A model generated the notes under the pieces. It did no database searches. It worked only from the letters and a program-made list of their open reading frames with translations, and was not told the DNA's origin. 64,000 nt of DNA, from the NCBI GenBank assembly GCA_023667245.1, contig JAMPAL010000004.1, positions 1,063 through 65,062 of the forward strand. The letters run 5' to 3'. The position numbers were made by a program, and so were the translations under genes. Below, piece by piece: positions 1 to 9,838 of the stretch (the first letter of the stretch is position 1; each line of letters opens with the position of its first letter). The DNA is from Anaeroplasma bactoclasticum (GTDB taxonomy: Bacteria; Bacillota_I; Bacilli_A; ML615J-28; CAG-313).

Positions 1-409
1 TTTTTCTTTGTTGAGCCAAAGATATGCTAGTATTGATATTGGCAATTGTATTGACTTAGGTCCCATTCTATTTTGTTTTTCTGCTTTGATGCATGGAGGT
101 CATTTTATGCATACATCAAGGCTCAAAATCAAAGAAAGTAATCGTATTGAAGCCGTAAAAAAGGAACTTGCAAAGTGTGGCGTACGATTAATTGAGATAC
201 AAGATGAAGTATGGATTGATAATACCCATCTCCATGCACCTGAGGAAGAATTGGATGGTTGGCAAGATCATCGCATTGTGATGGCATTTTCTATTTTACT
301 GTCTGTATTAGGGGGAAGTATAAATGGCGCTAATGCCATACGCAAAAGTTATCCACACTTTTTTGATGATTTGATTCAATTGGGGATAGAGGTGAGGCAA
401 GATGATTGA
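1..409 (+). CDS. aroA: 3-phosphoshikimate 1-carboxyvinyltransferase (EPSP synthase), C-terminal fragment; 5' end outside window
   Basis: Frame is open to the window edge. EPSP-synthase-like C-terminus (NRIEAVKKELAKCG, DHRIVMAFSILL, IRKSYPHFFDDL). Stop TGA overlaps the next start (ATGATTGA). Aromatic amino-acid gene neighbours. Confidence 0.8.
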   Translation, partial: FSLLSQRYASIDIGNCIDLGPILFCFSALMHGGHFMHTSRLKIKESNRIEAVKKELAKCGVRLIEIQDEVWIDNTHLHAPEEELDGWQDHRIVMAFSILLSVLGGSINGANAIRKSYPHFFDDLIQLGIEVRQDD

Positions 410-1253
410 TCAGCATAAAAAAATTCTAATTGTTGGACTGGGACTATTGGGTGGTTCTTATGCCTCTATTCTTACGCATAAAGGATATGAGGTAGGTGCT
501 ATTGATATTCAACCTTCTGCTATTGATTATGCACTTACAAAAGGGATAATTGCCCATGGATACGCAACAGTTCAGGCCACTTATGTTGGGCAATTTGATA
601 TTCTTATTTTTGCACTATATCCTCATGTTTTTGTGGAATGGATCAAACAATATCAACACTATATCAAACCACATGCCATTCTTACCGATGTGACAGGAAT
701 CAAAGTATGGTTAATTGACCAATTGAAAAACTTGCTTCGCTCAGATATTGAATATATTGGTGCACATCCAATGGCTGGGAAAGAAGTATATGGAGTAGAA
801 CATTATGATGAAAATATGTTTAAAGGAGCAAATTATATCATTACTCCAACAGAAAATTCTACAAGCGAGGCCATTGAAGTGGCCCAATCCATTGGTCAGT
901 TGTTGGAGGTTCAGCATATTCAATTGCTTTCTCCAAGTAGTCATGATGAAATGATTGGATTTTTATCACAGTTAACCCACTGCATTGCAATTAGTCTAAT
1001 GACATGTAAAGAGTCCACGCATTTAGTCGAATATACAGGTGATTCTTTTCGTGATTTGACAAGAATTGCTAAAATCAATGAATCAATGTGGAGTGAGTTA
1101 TTTTTATGTAATAAAGAAGAATTACTGGCTCAAATGGATATCTTTTTAAAGCAGTTTGCTATATTAAAAGAGGCACTAGTGCATGAGGATATAGAAACGA
1201 TGAAAGCTATGATGCGCCTTTCTACTAGTAGGAGAAGTTATTTTGATCAATAG
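402..1253 (+). CDS. tyrA: prephenate dehydrogenase
   Basis: N-terminal Rossmann motif (IVGLGLLGGS) and a GAHPMAGKE core typical of prephenate dehydrogenases. Overlaps the aroA stop and is followed by DAHP synthase. Confidence 0.85.
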   Translation: MIDQHKKILIVGLGLLGGSYASILTHKGYEVGAIDIQPSAIDYALTKGIIAHGYATVQATYVGQFDILIFALYPHVFVEWIKQYQHYIKPHAILTDVTGIKVWLIDQLKNLLRSDIEYIGAHPMAGKEVYGVEHYDENMFKGANYIITPTENSTSEAIEVAQSIGQLLEVQHIQLLSPSSHDEMIGFLSQLTHCIAISLMTCKESTHLVEYTGDSFRDLTRIAKINESMWSELFLCNKEELLAQMDIFLKQFAILKEALVHEDIETMKAMMRLSTSRRSYFDQ

Positions 1254-1264
1254 GATGTGATAAT

Positions 1265-2335
1265 ATGAATATGGATTTTATTAGAAAATTACCAACACCA
1301 CAAGAAATTAAAGCATTATATCCATTAAGTGATGCACTTATGGCATTGAAAAAGCAAAATGATGAGGCAATTCGGAATGTATTTGATGGTAAAAGTGATA
1401 AAATGATTTTAATTATAGGACCATGCTCTGCAGATAGAGAAGATGCGGTGATAGAATATACCAAGCGTCTAAGAAATGTTCAAGAAAAGGTAAAGGATCA
1501 ATTGGTGATTATTCCTAGAATCTATACCAATAAACCAAGAACAACTGGTGAAGGATATAAAGGAATGCTACATCAACCTAATCCTTTATCTAGTCCAGAT
1601 ATGTTAAAAGGATTGATCGCAATTCGTAAACTGCATATGCGTGCCTTGGCTGAAACAGGTTTTTCTTGTGCAGATGAGATGTTGTATCCAGAAAATCATA
1701 GGTATTTATCAGATTTGCTTTCTTATGTTGCAGTAGGAGCAAGATCAGTTGAAAATCAAAGCCATCGCCTTACCGCAAGTGGGCTAGATTTGCCAGTGGG
1801 CATGAAAAATCCAACAAGTGGCGATTTGGGCGTTATGATGAATGCCATTTATGCAGCTCAGCATGGACATACTTTTATCTATAGAGGATGGGAAGTCGTA
1901 AGTAAGGGCAATCCATTCGCGCATGCGATTTTACGTGGTTATGTAGACAAACAAGGAAAATCACATCCCAATTATCATTACGAAGATTTGGTTAGTCTAT
2001 GTGAAATGTACGAATTATCAAATCTGACTTATCCTTGTGTCATTGTGGATACCAATCATGCTAATTCCAATAAACAGTGGGATGAGCAACCAAGAATTGC
2101 TCAATCTGTTTTAAATAGTATGGAGCATAATGAAAACATTAGAAAAATAGTCAAGGGCTTGATGATTGAGTCATATTTGGAAGATGGAACCCAAAAGGTA
2201 AATGAGGGAGTATTTGGTAAATCAATTACTGATCCTTGTCTAGGATGGGAAAAAACTGAACAATTGATTATAGAAATAGCGGAGCACGTCAAAAAAATGC
2301 AAAAAAACAGTAAAAAACGAGAAAACAATAAATAA
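1265..2335 (+). CDS. 3-deoxy-7-phosphoheptulonate (DAHP) synthase, class I
   Basis: Motifs IIGPCSA, KPRTTGEGYKGM, GARSVENQSHR and VDTNHANS. Length is 356 aa. Sits in the aromatic biosynthesis cluster. Confidence 0.85.
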   Translation: MNMDFIRKLPTPQEIKALYPLSDALMALKKQNDEAIRNVFDGKSDKMILIIGPCSADREDAVIEYTKRLRNVQEKVKDQLVIIPRIYTNKPRTTGEGYKGMLHQPNPLSSPDMLKGLIAIRKLHMRALAETGFSCADEMLYPENHRYLSDLLSYVAVGARSVENQSHRLTASGLDLPVGMKNPTSGDLGVMMNAIYAAQHGHTFIYRGWEVVSKGNPFAHAILRGYVDKQGKSHPNYHYEDLVSLCEMYELSNLTYPCVIVDTNHANSNKQWDEQPRIAQSVLNSMEHNENIRKIVKGLMIESYLEDGTQKVNEGVFGKSITDPCLGWEKTEQLIIEIAEHVKKMQKNSKKRENNK

Positions 2336-2348
2336 AATAGGAGGAACT

Positions 2349-2765
2349 ATGAATATTTTATTTTTTCTAAAACCCAAACAACAAGTTGTATACATTTATG
2401 ATGATTTTACGATTCGCCAAGCTCTTGAAAAAATGGAGTATCATCGGTATACATCCATTCCTATCATCAATAAAGAAGGGGATTATATTGGAACACTCTC
2501 AGAAGGAGATATTCTTTGGGAAATTAAAAACCGACATCAATTTAATTTAAATGAAGCAGAAAATACCAAAATTAGTGATGTGAAACGCTTTAGAGATAAT
2601 TTGCCTATTGATATTTCTGCACAAATTGATGACTTGATTTTGAAAGCAACTGTTCAAAACTTTGTACCTGTGATTGATGATCGTAAAAAATTTATTGGCA
2701 TTGTAACAAGAACTGATATTATCAAGTATTTTTTTGAAAATCAAAATAAACCATCCAAGGAATAA
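2349..2765 (+). CDS. CBS-pair domain protein
   Basis: 138 aa with two CBS-like halves (SIPIINKEGDYIGTLSEGDIL and VPVIDDRKKFIGIVTRTDII). RBS AGGAGG lies upstream. Confidence 0.7.
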   Translation: MNILFFLKPKQQVVYIYDDFTIRQALEKMEYHRYTSIPIINKEGDYIGTLSEGDILWEIKNRHQFNLNEAENTKISDVKRFRDNLPIDISAQIDDLILKATVQNFVPVIDDRKKFIGIVTRTDIIKYFFENQNKPSKE

Positions 2766-2768
2766 AAT

Positions 2769-3698
2769 ATGAAACTCATTGTATCTAGTTATAATCAAGA
2801 TCAATATGCTTGTACATTATTTGAAGTAAATAGAAAGACTATGCAGGTCCAGCAACTTGATACAAAACATCTCATCGCACCAAGTTTTATCATAAAGGGG
2901 GATGGGTATTTATATACGTATACCAAGCACCCTTTGCAAATGATTTCTTACCAAGTGGTGCACCAGCAATTAGTGGAAATCGATCGATTTTCATTGCCTG
3001 GACTGACACTCACACATCTTGTTTATAGTTCAAAGCACAAGCGTTTGTTTGCTGCGAGCTATGCAGATGGTGCGTATTGTAGTCTTGATGTAGAACATGG
3101 CAAATTTTCTCATTTGCACTATCAAAAGCAGGCTCCTAATGCCCCATTGTCTCAATGTCATTGCGTGAGTCTTTCAGAAGATGAGGAAAGTGTTTATGTG
3201 ACCAATATTGCATTAGATACCATATTTATTTATGATGTCGATTTTCATAAAATAGATGAAATTCATTTGCCCAAAGGATGTGGGCCAAGGCATACACTTG
3301 CATATGATGGATATTTATATACCATTACCGAGTATAGCAATGAAGTATTGGTCATAGATGAAGCAAAAAGAGAAATTCAACAAATCATCAGTACAACGCA
3401 AGGCTATAAGGGAAAAACTTATGGTGCTACATTGTTGATTCAAGATCACCAATTGTTCGCTTCTAACCGAGGATTAGATACGATTGCAAGATATAAGATA
3501 GATCATCATCAATTGATTTATCAAGATATGATTTCTACTTATGGGGAGCATTCTAGGCATATGATTTTGTCTAAAGATCAACAGTATATCATTAGCTTTA
3601 ATAAAAATACCCATACTATTGCATATATTGATATAAAAACGGGAGCATGTAAAATGATTATTCCCTATGCTAATGTCAGTTGCGGAGTAGAATATTAA
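2769..3698 (+). CDS. lactonase-like 7-bladed beta-propeller protein
   Basis: 309 aa with repeated beta-strand-rich blades. The GCGPRHTLAYDGYLYTITEYSNEVLVID segment resembles the 6-phosphogluconolactonase-like family (PF10282). Confidence 0.5.
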   Translation: MKLIVSSYNQDQYACTLFEVNRKTMQVQQLDTKHLIAPSFIIKGDGYLYTYTKHPLQMISYQVVHQQLVEIDRFSLPGLTLTHLVYSSKHKRLFAASYADGAYCSLDVEHGKFSHLHYQKQAPNAPLSQCHCVSLSEDEESVYVTNIALDTIFIYDVDFHKIDEIHLPKGCGPRHTLAYDGYLYTITEYSNEVLVIDEAKREIQQIISTTQGYKGKTYGATLLIQDHQLFASNRGLDTIARYKIDHHQLIYQDMISTYGEHSRHMILSKDQQYIISFNKNTHTIAYIDIKTGACKMIIPYANVSCGVEY

Positions 3699-3715
3699 AA
3701 AAGAAGGAAAAACAA

Positions 3716-4132
3716 ATGAAGTATGAAGAATTAACGAAGGAAGACTATCAATTGATTCAAATGGGGTTAGATACACTGGCCAAGCATTTTGATGATGGCA
3801 TTTATCATCATACAGTGGGTTGTGCCATTCGTTCTAAATCGAATAAGATATACACAGGTGTCAATTGTGATGGCATTCATGGCTCTTGTGCAGAATATAT
3901 TACAATGGGTATTGCTATTGCTTCAGGGGAAAAAGAGTTTGATACAATTGTTGCAGTACATGAAAAAGCACCCAATGGTGTGGTCTCTCCTTGTGGAAAT
4001 TGTCGACAAATGTTACTGGAATATGCGAAAGACATTTTGGTGATTATTAATGATGAAAACAATCAATTGAAAAAGGTGAGCATTACTGCTCTATTACCAC
4101 TTGCGTGGCATCCTGTTAAAATAGATGAATAA
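3716..4132 (+). CDS. cytidine deaminase-fold zinc enzyme (cytidine / blasticidin-S deaminase-like)
   Basis: Zinc motifs SCAEYI and SPCGNCRQ. ATG 3716 is preferred over the ORF-track start 3680 because of the upstream AAGAAGGAAAAA RBS and to avoid overlapping the previous CDS. Confidence 0.7.
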   Translation: MKYEELTKEDYQLIQMGLDTLAKHFDDGIYHHTVGCAIRSKSNKIYTGVNCDGIHGSCAEYITMGIAIASGEKEFDTIVAVHEKAPNGVVSPCGNCRQMLLEYAKDILVIINDENNQLKKVSITALLPLAWHPVKIDE

Positions 4133-4143
4133 AGGAGAATACG

Positions 4144-5253
4144 ATGTATTTTGAAAAGGTGAAGAAACAATTGGGATTTGGTTGCATGCGACTACCTATG
4201 CAAGGAAGTGAAGTAGATTGCACTGAATTTACGAAAATGATTGATGCGTTTATGAGTAAAGGATTTAATTATTTTGATACCGCAAGTGTCTATATTGAAG
4301 GTAAGAGTGAAATCGCATTGAAAACGTGCCTAGTGAATCGGTATCCTCGTGAACAATTCGTATATACGAATAAATTATCCTCTTCTTTATTTCAAACAGA
4401 AGAAGATATCCGTCCCTTATTTGAAAAACAATTACAAGCATGTGGTTTAACCTATTTTGACTTTTATTTGATGCATGCTCAAAATAAAGACAATTATCAA
4501 AAATACAAACGAACGCATGCGTATGAAACGGCATATGCATTAAAATCAGAAGGAAAAATCAAACATGTAGGTCTATCATTTCATGATAAAGCAGAAGTAT
4601 TGGACATGATTCTAACAGAACAACCTCAAATTGAGGTCGTTCAAATTCAGCTTAATTATTTAGATGCTGAAGATCCTCAAATTCAAAGTAGGCTTTGTTA
4701 TGAAGTTTGTAGAAAACATCATAAACCCATTATTGTAATGGAACCCGTAAAAGGGGGAAGTTTAGTTCATATCCCGTCAAAAGCACAAGTATTATTTGAT
4801 CAACTAGGGTTACGTTCTTCTGCAAGTTATGCCATTCGTTATGCGGCATCATTTGAAGGGGTAATGATGGTGTTATCAGGAATGAGCAATGAGGAACAAA
4901 TGAATGATAACCTCAGTTATATGGATGATTTTCAACCTCTTTCTAAACAAGAATATAGCATCATTCAACAAGTAAAAGACATCATTAAGAAAGCAAATGC
5001 CATTCCTTGTACAGGATGTAGATACTGTGTAGAAGGCTGTCCCAAACAAATTGATATACCAGGTATCTTTACTTGTTTGAACGCTATTCATTCACAACAA
5101 AGTCAAAATGTGGAACAAGATTATCAAACCTATACTTTCCAAAAAGGAAAAGCAAAAGACTGTATCGGTTGTGGCAAATGTGAAAAAACTTGCCCTCAAC
5201 ATCTTGAGATTCGTAATCTTTTAAAGAAGGCAAGCAGGTATTTGGACGAATAA
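4144..5253 (+). CDS. aldo/keto reductase with C-terminal 4Fe-4S ferredoxin domain
   Basis: AKR-like N-terminal region (GFGCMRLP, FDTASVY, VGLSFH). Two CxxCxxCxxxCP motifs at the C-terminus (CTGCRYCVEGCP, CIGCGKCEKTCP). Confidence 0.8.
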   Translation: MYFEKVKKQLGFGCMRLPMQGSEVDCTEFTKMIDAFMSKGFNYFDTASVYIEGKSEIALKTCLVNRYPREQFVYTNKLSSSLFQTEEDIRPLFEKQLQACGLTYFDFYLMHAQNKDNYQKYKRTHAYETAYALKSEGKIKHVGLSFHDKAEVLDMILTEQPQIEVVQIQLNYLDAEDPQIQSRLCYEVCRKHHKPIIVMEPVKGGSLVHIPSKAQVLFDQLGLRSSASYAIRYAASFEGVMMVLSGMSNEEQMNDNLSYMDDFQPLSKQEYSIIQQVKDIIKKANAIPCTGCRYCVEGCPKQIDIPGIFTCLNAIHSQQSQNVEQDYQTYTFQKGKAKDCIGCGKCEKTCPQHLEIRNLLKKASRYLDE

Positions 5254-5264
5254 GTAAGTATTGT

Positions 5265-5295
5265 AAAAACCTCAACAATCTGTTGAGGTTTTTTT
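5265..5295. terminator. bidirectional intrinsic terminator between convergent genes
   Basis: AAAAACCTCAACA-atc-TGTTGAGGTTTTT perfect stem flanked by A- and T-runs. Confidence 0.8.
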
Positions 5296-6724
5296 AAATT
5301 TCTTTGGCAGCATAATAGCCCATTCGACATGCAATAGGAAGACCACCAGTAATATTGTTCCAAATGGATAATATATAACCATTTTGGATTTGTTTGATTT
5401 TGGAATGTATGCCTTGTAGCGAAGAATGTTGAGTAAAGGAAAAACCCATAAAAGAACCATAGTGGGCATGAAAGTAACTTGTATAGGTGTAAGGCGTCCA
5501 ACTATCTAAGAGTTTTATATGGCCTTTTAATTGAGGGAAATATTGAACGATTTCTTTCAGTAATTCTGTAGCTAATTTTTCCTTTTCTTGTTGATAAGCC
5601 TTAGGATTTTTTTCTTGTAAGGTTTTCCAATATAGATAAGATGCTTCATTTTGAGGAATCATCAATTGATACACTACAGTATCTTCTGTAGAAGGTAAAT
5701 AATGATAAGCTTTTAGACATAGTCGGTGAGTAATGATTTCACCGATTTTTTTAGGATTGATCTCAATGATTTCTGTATCCTGAATCGGGCTTTCTTTCTT
5801 GTCCACAACATAAGCTGCTTGAAAGGTGGAAGGGATGGGGTATTTTTCTTTTTCACTTAATTTTTTGACAAGACGATTTGGCATTTCGATATCGGGTAAC
5901 AATTGTTGATACACGTAAATAGCATCACAAGCAAAGAAAAAATAATCACTCTGGATGATCTCACCACTAGCTAGTTCAATAGATTCAATTGCTTTTTGAG
6001 AATGATTTACTTTGGTGACTTCACTATTGTAGTTGATTTTACCGCCTAATTGTAAGTAGTGACGGAGTATATTTTGGGTAAAGGCCAAAGACCCTTCTTG
6101 GTAGACCTTACCATTTCCACTTGCAAATGCTGCATAGGCTAAAAGCAGGGCAATGCTTGAATAATAGGATGGTAGATAATCGGTAAATAGTTTTTGAAGT
6201 AGTGGGTGTTGAAAGCGCTTTGCCAAATCGGCCAGTGATAGATGACGATAATGCCAATAGGCTTTGCTGTATCCCGCTGTAATATGATAAGTATGTTTCA
6301 AAAAAGAGGCTTGCTGATTGGCGATAATCAAGTGCTTTATGGTAGAGATAAAGCGCTCTATTTCAGGACTATCTACAGGTGAAAGGTCAAGCATCTCACG
6401 CTTGGTTTGTTCTAAATTGGTATATAAGGCAATGGATGCATTGCCAGCATGACTTTTATAAAAATATTTTCCTTGATATAGGTTGCTTGTTTCATTAATG
6501 GCACCTATCTTTTTCCAAAGCTTAAACATTTTTGTTGTTTGATTGGTTCCAGTAAGCCAGTGCATACAGTTATCGATATAATATCCATCTCTATACCATC
6601 CGTTGCAACAACCACCAGCATTTTGATTTTTTTCATAAATTGTTACATCATATCCGGCCTCTAGTGCTCCAATTCCGGCTGATAAGCCTGTTATGCCTGC
6701 ACCAATAATAATTATTTTTTTCAT
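5294..6724 (-). CDS. FAD-dependent oxidoreductase, phytoene desaturase (CrtI)-like family
   Basis: N-terminal dinucleotide fold (IIIGAGITGLSAG...YEKNQNAGG). 476 aa, the size and layout of the CrtI-type amine-oxidase superfamily. Confidence 0.7.
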   Translation of the reverse strand: MKKIIIIGAGITGLSAGIGALEAGYDVTIYEKNQNAGGCCNGWYRDGYYIDNCMHWLTGTNQTTKMFKLWKKIGAINETSNLYQGKYFYKSHAGNASIALYTNLEQTKREMLDLSPVDSPEIERFISTIKHLIIANQQASFLKHTYHITAGYSKAYWHYRHLSLADLAKRFQHPLLQKLFTDYLPSYYSSIALLLAYAAFASGNGKVYQEGSLAFTQNILRHYLQLGGKINYNSEVTKVNHSQKAIESIELASGEIIQSDYFFFACDAIYVYQQLLPDIEMPNRLVKKLSEKEKYPIPSTFQAAYVVDKKESPIQDTEIIEINPKKIGEIITHRLCLKAYHYLPSTEDTVVYQLMIPQNEASYLYWKTLQEKNPKAYQQEKEKLATELLKEIVQYFPQLKGHIKLLDSWTPYTYTSYFHAHYGSFMGFSFTQHSSLQGIHSKIKQIQNGYILSIWNNITGGLPIACRMGYYAAKEI

Positions 6725-6891
6725 ATCATCACCTCACCATAGTATTTCCCATAAATAAAGAAGTTAAACAAATGGATTCAATATATTGAAATGATTTGAT
6801 ATAATCGGAAATTTTTGTTAGGCTATTTATTAAAGATAAAGGGCAAAATAAGCCTTTTTTTAAATCACCTACAACTTTATATGTAAAATGG

Positions 6892-6920
6892 TTGAAAAAC
6901 TTGTAGAAAATCCATATAAT
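6892..6920 (+). promoter_or_regulatory. sigma-A promoter for the XRE regulator / pot operon
   Basis: TTGAAA, a 17-nt spacer, then TATAAT, about 70 nt upstream of the TTG start at 6992. Confidence 0.6.
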
Positions 6921-6991
6921 ATTAGCGGGTTTAGTTTAGAATTACTAAACAAATAAGTTAAAATTCTTAAACCAAAAAAGAAGGTGATGTT

Positions 6992-7525
6992 TTGAAGATT
7001 GGAAAAAAAATCAAAGAATTGAGGACACGATGCAATTTAACACAAGAAGAATTAGCAGATAGGACGGAACTGACAAAAGGCTATATTTCTCAACTTGAAA
7101 ATGATGTAGCAGAACCATCAATTTCGACACTAGAAGATATAGTCAATGCTTTAGGAACCAATTTGGGTGATTTCTTTCGAGAACAGAGTATGGAAAAGAC
7201 AGTTTTTTTAGAAGAGGATTATTTTGTCAAAGATACGGATAGCTATCAAATCAAGTGGTTGGTTCCCAATGCTCAAAAAAATGAGATGGAACCTATTTTA
7301 ATAACGATTTATCCACATCAACAAACGGACATCGATTATCCACATGAAGGTCAAGAATTTGGATATGTGTTAGAAGGGGAAGTTTTGCTTTGTATAGACG
7401 GTCTTGTGCAAAAGGTAAAAAAGGGCGAGACTTTTTATTATGAATCTAGTAAAAATCATTATTTAAAAAATATCAAGGATAAGCAATGTCGGATTATTTG
7501 GGTCAGTAGCCCACCAAACTTTTAA
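6992..7525 (+). CDS. XRE-family HTH transcriptional regulator with C-terminal cupin domain (PuuR-like)
   Basis: HTH segment LRTRCNLTQEELADRTELTKGYISQLEN and a cupin-like C-terminal half (HEGQEFGYVLEGEV...GETFYY). TTG start follows AAGGTGA. Lies directly upstream of potABCD. Confidence 0.8.
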   Translation: MKIGKKIKELRTRCNLTQEELADRTELTKGYISQLENDVAEPSISTLEDIVNALGTNLGDFFREQSMEKTVFLEEDYFVKDTDSYQIKWLVPNAQKNEMEPILITIYPHQQTDIDYPHEGQEFGYVLEGEVLLCIDGLVQKVKKGETFYYESSKNHYLKNIKDKQCRIIWVSSPPNF

Positions 7526-7542
7526 TTAGGAGGATTTTAAAA

Positions 7543-9057
7543 ATGGAGAAGAATGATGTAATTTTAAAATTAGTAGATGTGAATAAATCGTTTGATGGCA
7601 GCATTGTTGTTGAAAATTTTAATCTATCAGTACAAAAGGGTGAATTTGTCACCTTTCTAGGACCATCAGGTTGTGGAAAAACAACAACATTACGAATGAT
7701 TGCGGGACTAGAGATGCCAGATAGTGGTCAAATTTTACTTAATGGGATGGATATTGCGCAATTACCCCCTCATAAAAGACCCCTCAATACAGTATTTCAG
7801 CGATATGCTCTTTTTCCACATTTAGACGTTTATGATAACATTGCGTTTGGTTTGAAACTCAAAAAGGTAAGTTATGAAACAACCAATAAACAAGGAAACA
7901 TCATTACTAAAACGAGAAAATATACCAAAGATGAAATTGATGAAAAGGTAAAGAAAGCTTTGAAAATTGTTGATTTAGAGTCTTTTGAATGCCGAAACGT
8001 GACAACCCTCTCTGGTGGTCAACAACAAAGAGTTGCTATTGCAAGGGCAATTGTCAATGAACCAGAAATCTTATTATTAGATGAACCACTTGGGGCATTA
8101 GATTTAAAAATGAGAAAAGAAATGCAATTAGAATTAAAGGAAATGCATAAAAAATTAGGTATTACTTTTATTTATGTAACGCATGATCAAGAAGAGGCTT
8201 TGACAATGAGTGACCGAATTGTTGTGATAGAAGATGGTGTTATTCAACAAATTGGTACTCCACTCGATATTTATAATGAGCCAGCAAATGCTTTTGTTGC
8301 GGACTTCATTGGTGAATCTAATATTTATGTAGGAACGATGATAGGTCCAAAAAAGGTGCGCTTTTTAGGAACCACTTGGGACTGCGTGGATGATTTTGAT
8401 ATCAATGAAAAAGTGGATGTAGTAGTAAGACCAGAAGATATTATGATGCATTTACCAAACGAGGGAAAAGTAAAGGCAAAGATTGTGAATAAAATTTTCA
8501 AAGGGATTCACTATCAGTTTACCGCAATGGTGGGTAATAATGAAGTATTGATTCAATCGACAGTAGATCATCCAGTTGGTCAAGATATTAGTTTAACGAT
8601 TGAACCTGATTTGATCCAAATTATGAAACGAGAATATACCGCCAATATTTATGAAGATGCATACATTAATAAAAATAATGAAGTTGTTTTTGCGGGAACA
8701 TCTTGGGCTTGCGATGTAACCCAATTGGTGGAAGGTGCTATATTAGATGAAAAAGGATATTTTATTACACCAAATGGCAAAAAATATGATTTAGATGATA
8801 TTGATGTCATTGCTACAATCGATATGAAGGATATTGAGATTAGTGATAATTTAGAAGAGGGTAATATTACGGGGCAAATTATCCAAATGGTATGGAAAGG
8901 TGACCATTATCAATTGATTATAAGAACAGAAGATGAAGAAGATTTTATAGTAGATACAGAATGGACGTGGAATGAGTCTGATACAGTTAGCATTAGTATA
9001 GATCCTAGTAAAATCAAATTGAAGTTAAAGGCGGATTTGTCGAAGTATGAAATTTAA
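7543..9057 (+). CDS. potA: spermidine/putrescine ABC transporter ATP-binding protein, extended (504 aa)
   Basis: Walker A GPSGCGKTT, signature LSGGQQQR, Walker B LLLDEP and H-loop VTHDQ. A TOBE-like tail is followed by a second TOBE-like segment. Operon with potBCD. Confidence 0.9.
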   Translation: MEKNDVILKLVDVNKSFDGSIVVENFNLSVQKGEFVTFLGPSGCGKTTTLRMIAGLEMPDSGQILLNGMDIAQLPPHKRPLNTVFQRYALFPHLDVYDNIAFGLKLKKVSYETTNKQGNIITKTRKYTKDEIDEKVKKALKIVDLESFECRNVTTLSGGQQQRVAIARAIVNEPEILLLDEPLGALDLKMRKEMQLELKEMHKKLGITFIYVTHDQEEALTMSDRIVVIEDGVIQQIGTPLDIYNEPANAFVADFIGESNIYVGTMIGPKKVRFLGTTWDCVDDFDINEKVDVVVRPEDIMMHLPNEGKVKAKIVNKIFKGIHYQFTAMVGNNEVLIQSTVDHPVGQDISLTIEPDLIQIMKREYTANIYEDAYINKNNEVVFAGTSWACDVTQLVEGAILDEKGYFITPNGKKYDLDDIDVIATIDMKDIEISDNLEEGNITGQIIQMVWKGDHYQLIIRTEDEEDFIVDTEWTWNESDTVSISIDPSKIKLKLKADLSKYEI

Positions 9058-9838
9058 ACGTAAATACTTATCTCTTCCTTATGTATTATTTTTGATTTGC
9101 TTCATTATCATTCCCGTTTTCTTTATCATTTACTATGCATTTACCAATAAGGGAGGTGCATTTACTTTTGATAATTTATCGAAATTTTTCTCTGATTCTA
9201 CAAATGTAAATGTATTATTGATTTCATTTGTATATGCCATTTTAAATACAGTGATTTGTCTATTGATAGGATACCCACTAGCTATGATACTAGCAAATAA
9301 AAACTATAATCGTTCATCCGTAATGGTAATGTTGTTTGTGATGCCTATGTGGATTAATTTTATTATTCGTACGAGTGCGACACGGGACGTTCTCAATTGG
9401 ATAGGTATTTCAACTGGTGCCAATTCGGGGTTAACAACGATGATTGGGTTAGTTTACAACTATTTGCCTTTTGTTATTTTACCATTATATTCTACAATGT
9501 TGAAAATGGATAAATCACAAATTGAAGCAAGTGCCGACCTTGGTGCCAATCGTTTTGTTACTTTCTTTAAAGTCATTATTCCGATGACGATGCCAGGGAT
9601 TGTATCTGCGGCAACAATGGTATTTATGCCTACTTTATCTTCTTATGTGATTTCAGATATTTTATCAGAATACAACGTTGTTTTATTTGGTAGTTATATT
9701 GATTTATATTTTAATCAAGCCGATTGGAATTTTGGTTCTTTAATGGCGCTGATTATGTTATTATTGATTGGAATCAGTGTATTCATTTCTAGAAAATTTT
9801 CTAAAGATGAAACAGGAGGGAGAACATCATTATGGTAA
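9047..9838 (+). CDS. potB: spermidine/putrescine ABC transporter permease
   Basis: Multi-TM protein with an EAA-type loop (EASADLGANRFVTFFKVIIP). Start overlaps the potA stop. Confidence 0.85.
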   Translation: MKFKRKYLSLPYVLFLICFIIIPVFFIIYYAFTNKGGAFTFDNLSKFFSDSTNVNVLLISFVYAILNTVICLLIGYPLAMILANKNYNRSSVMVMLFVMPMWINFIIRTSATRDVLNWIGISTGANSGLTTMIGLVYNYLPFVILPLYSTMLKMDKSQIEASADLGANRFVTFFKVIIPMTMPGIVSAATMVFMPTLSSYVISDILSEYNVVLFGSYIDLYFNQADWNFGSLMALIMLLLIGISVFISRKFSKDETGGRTSLW

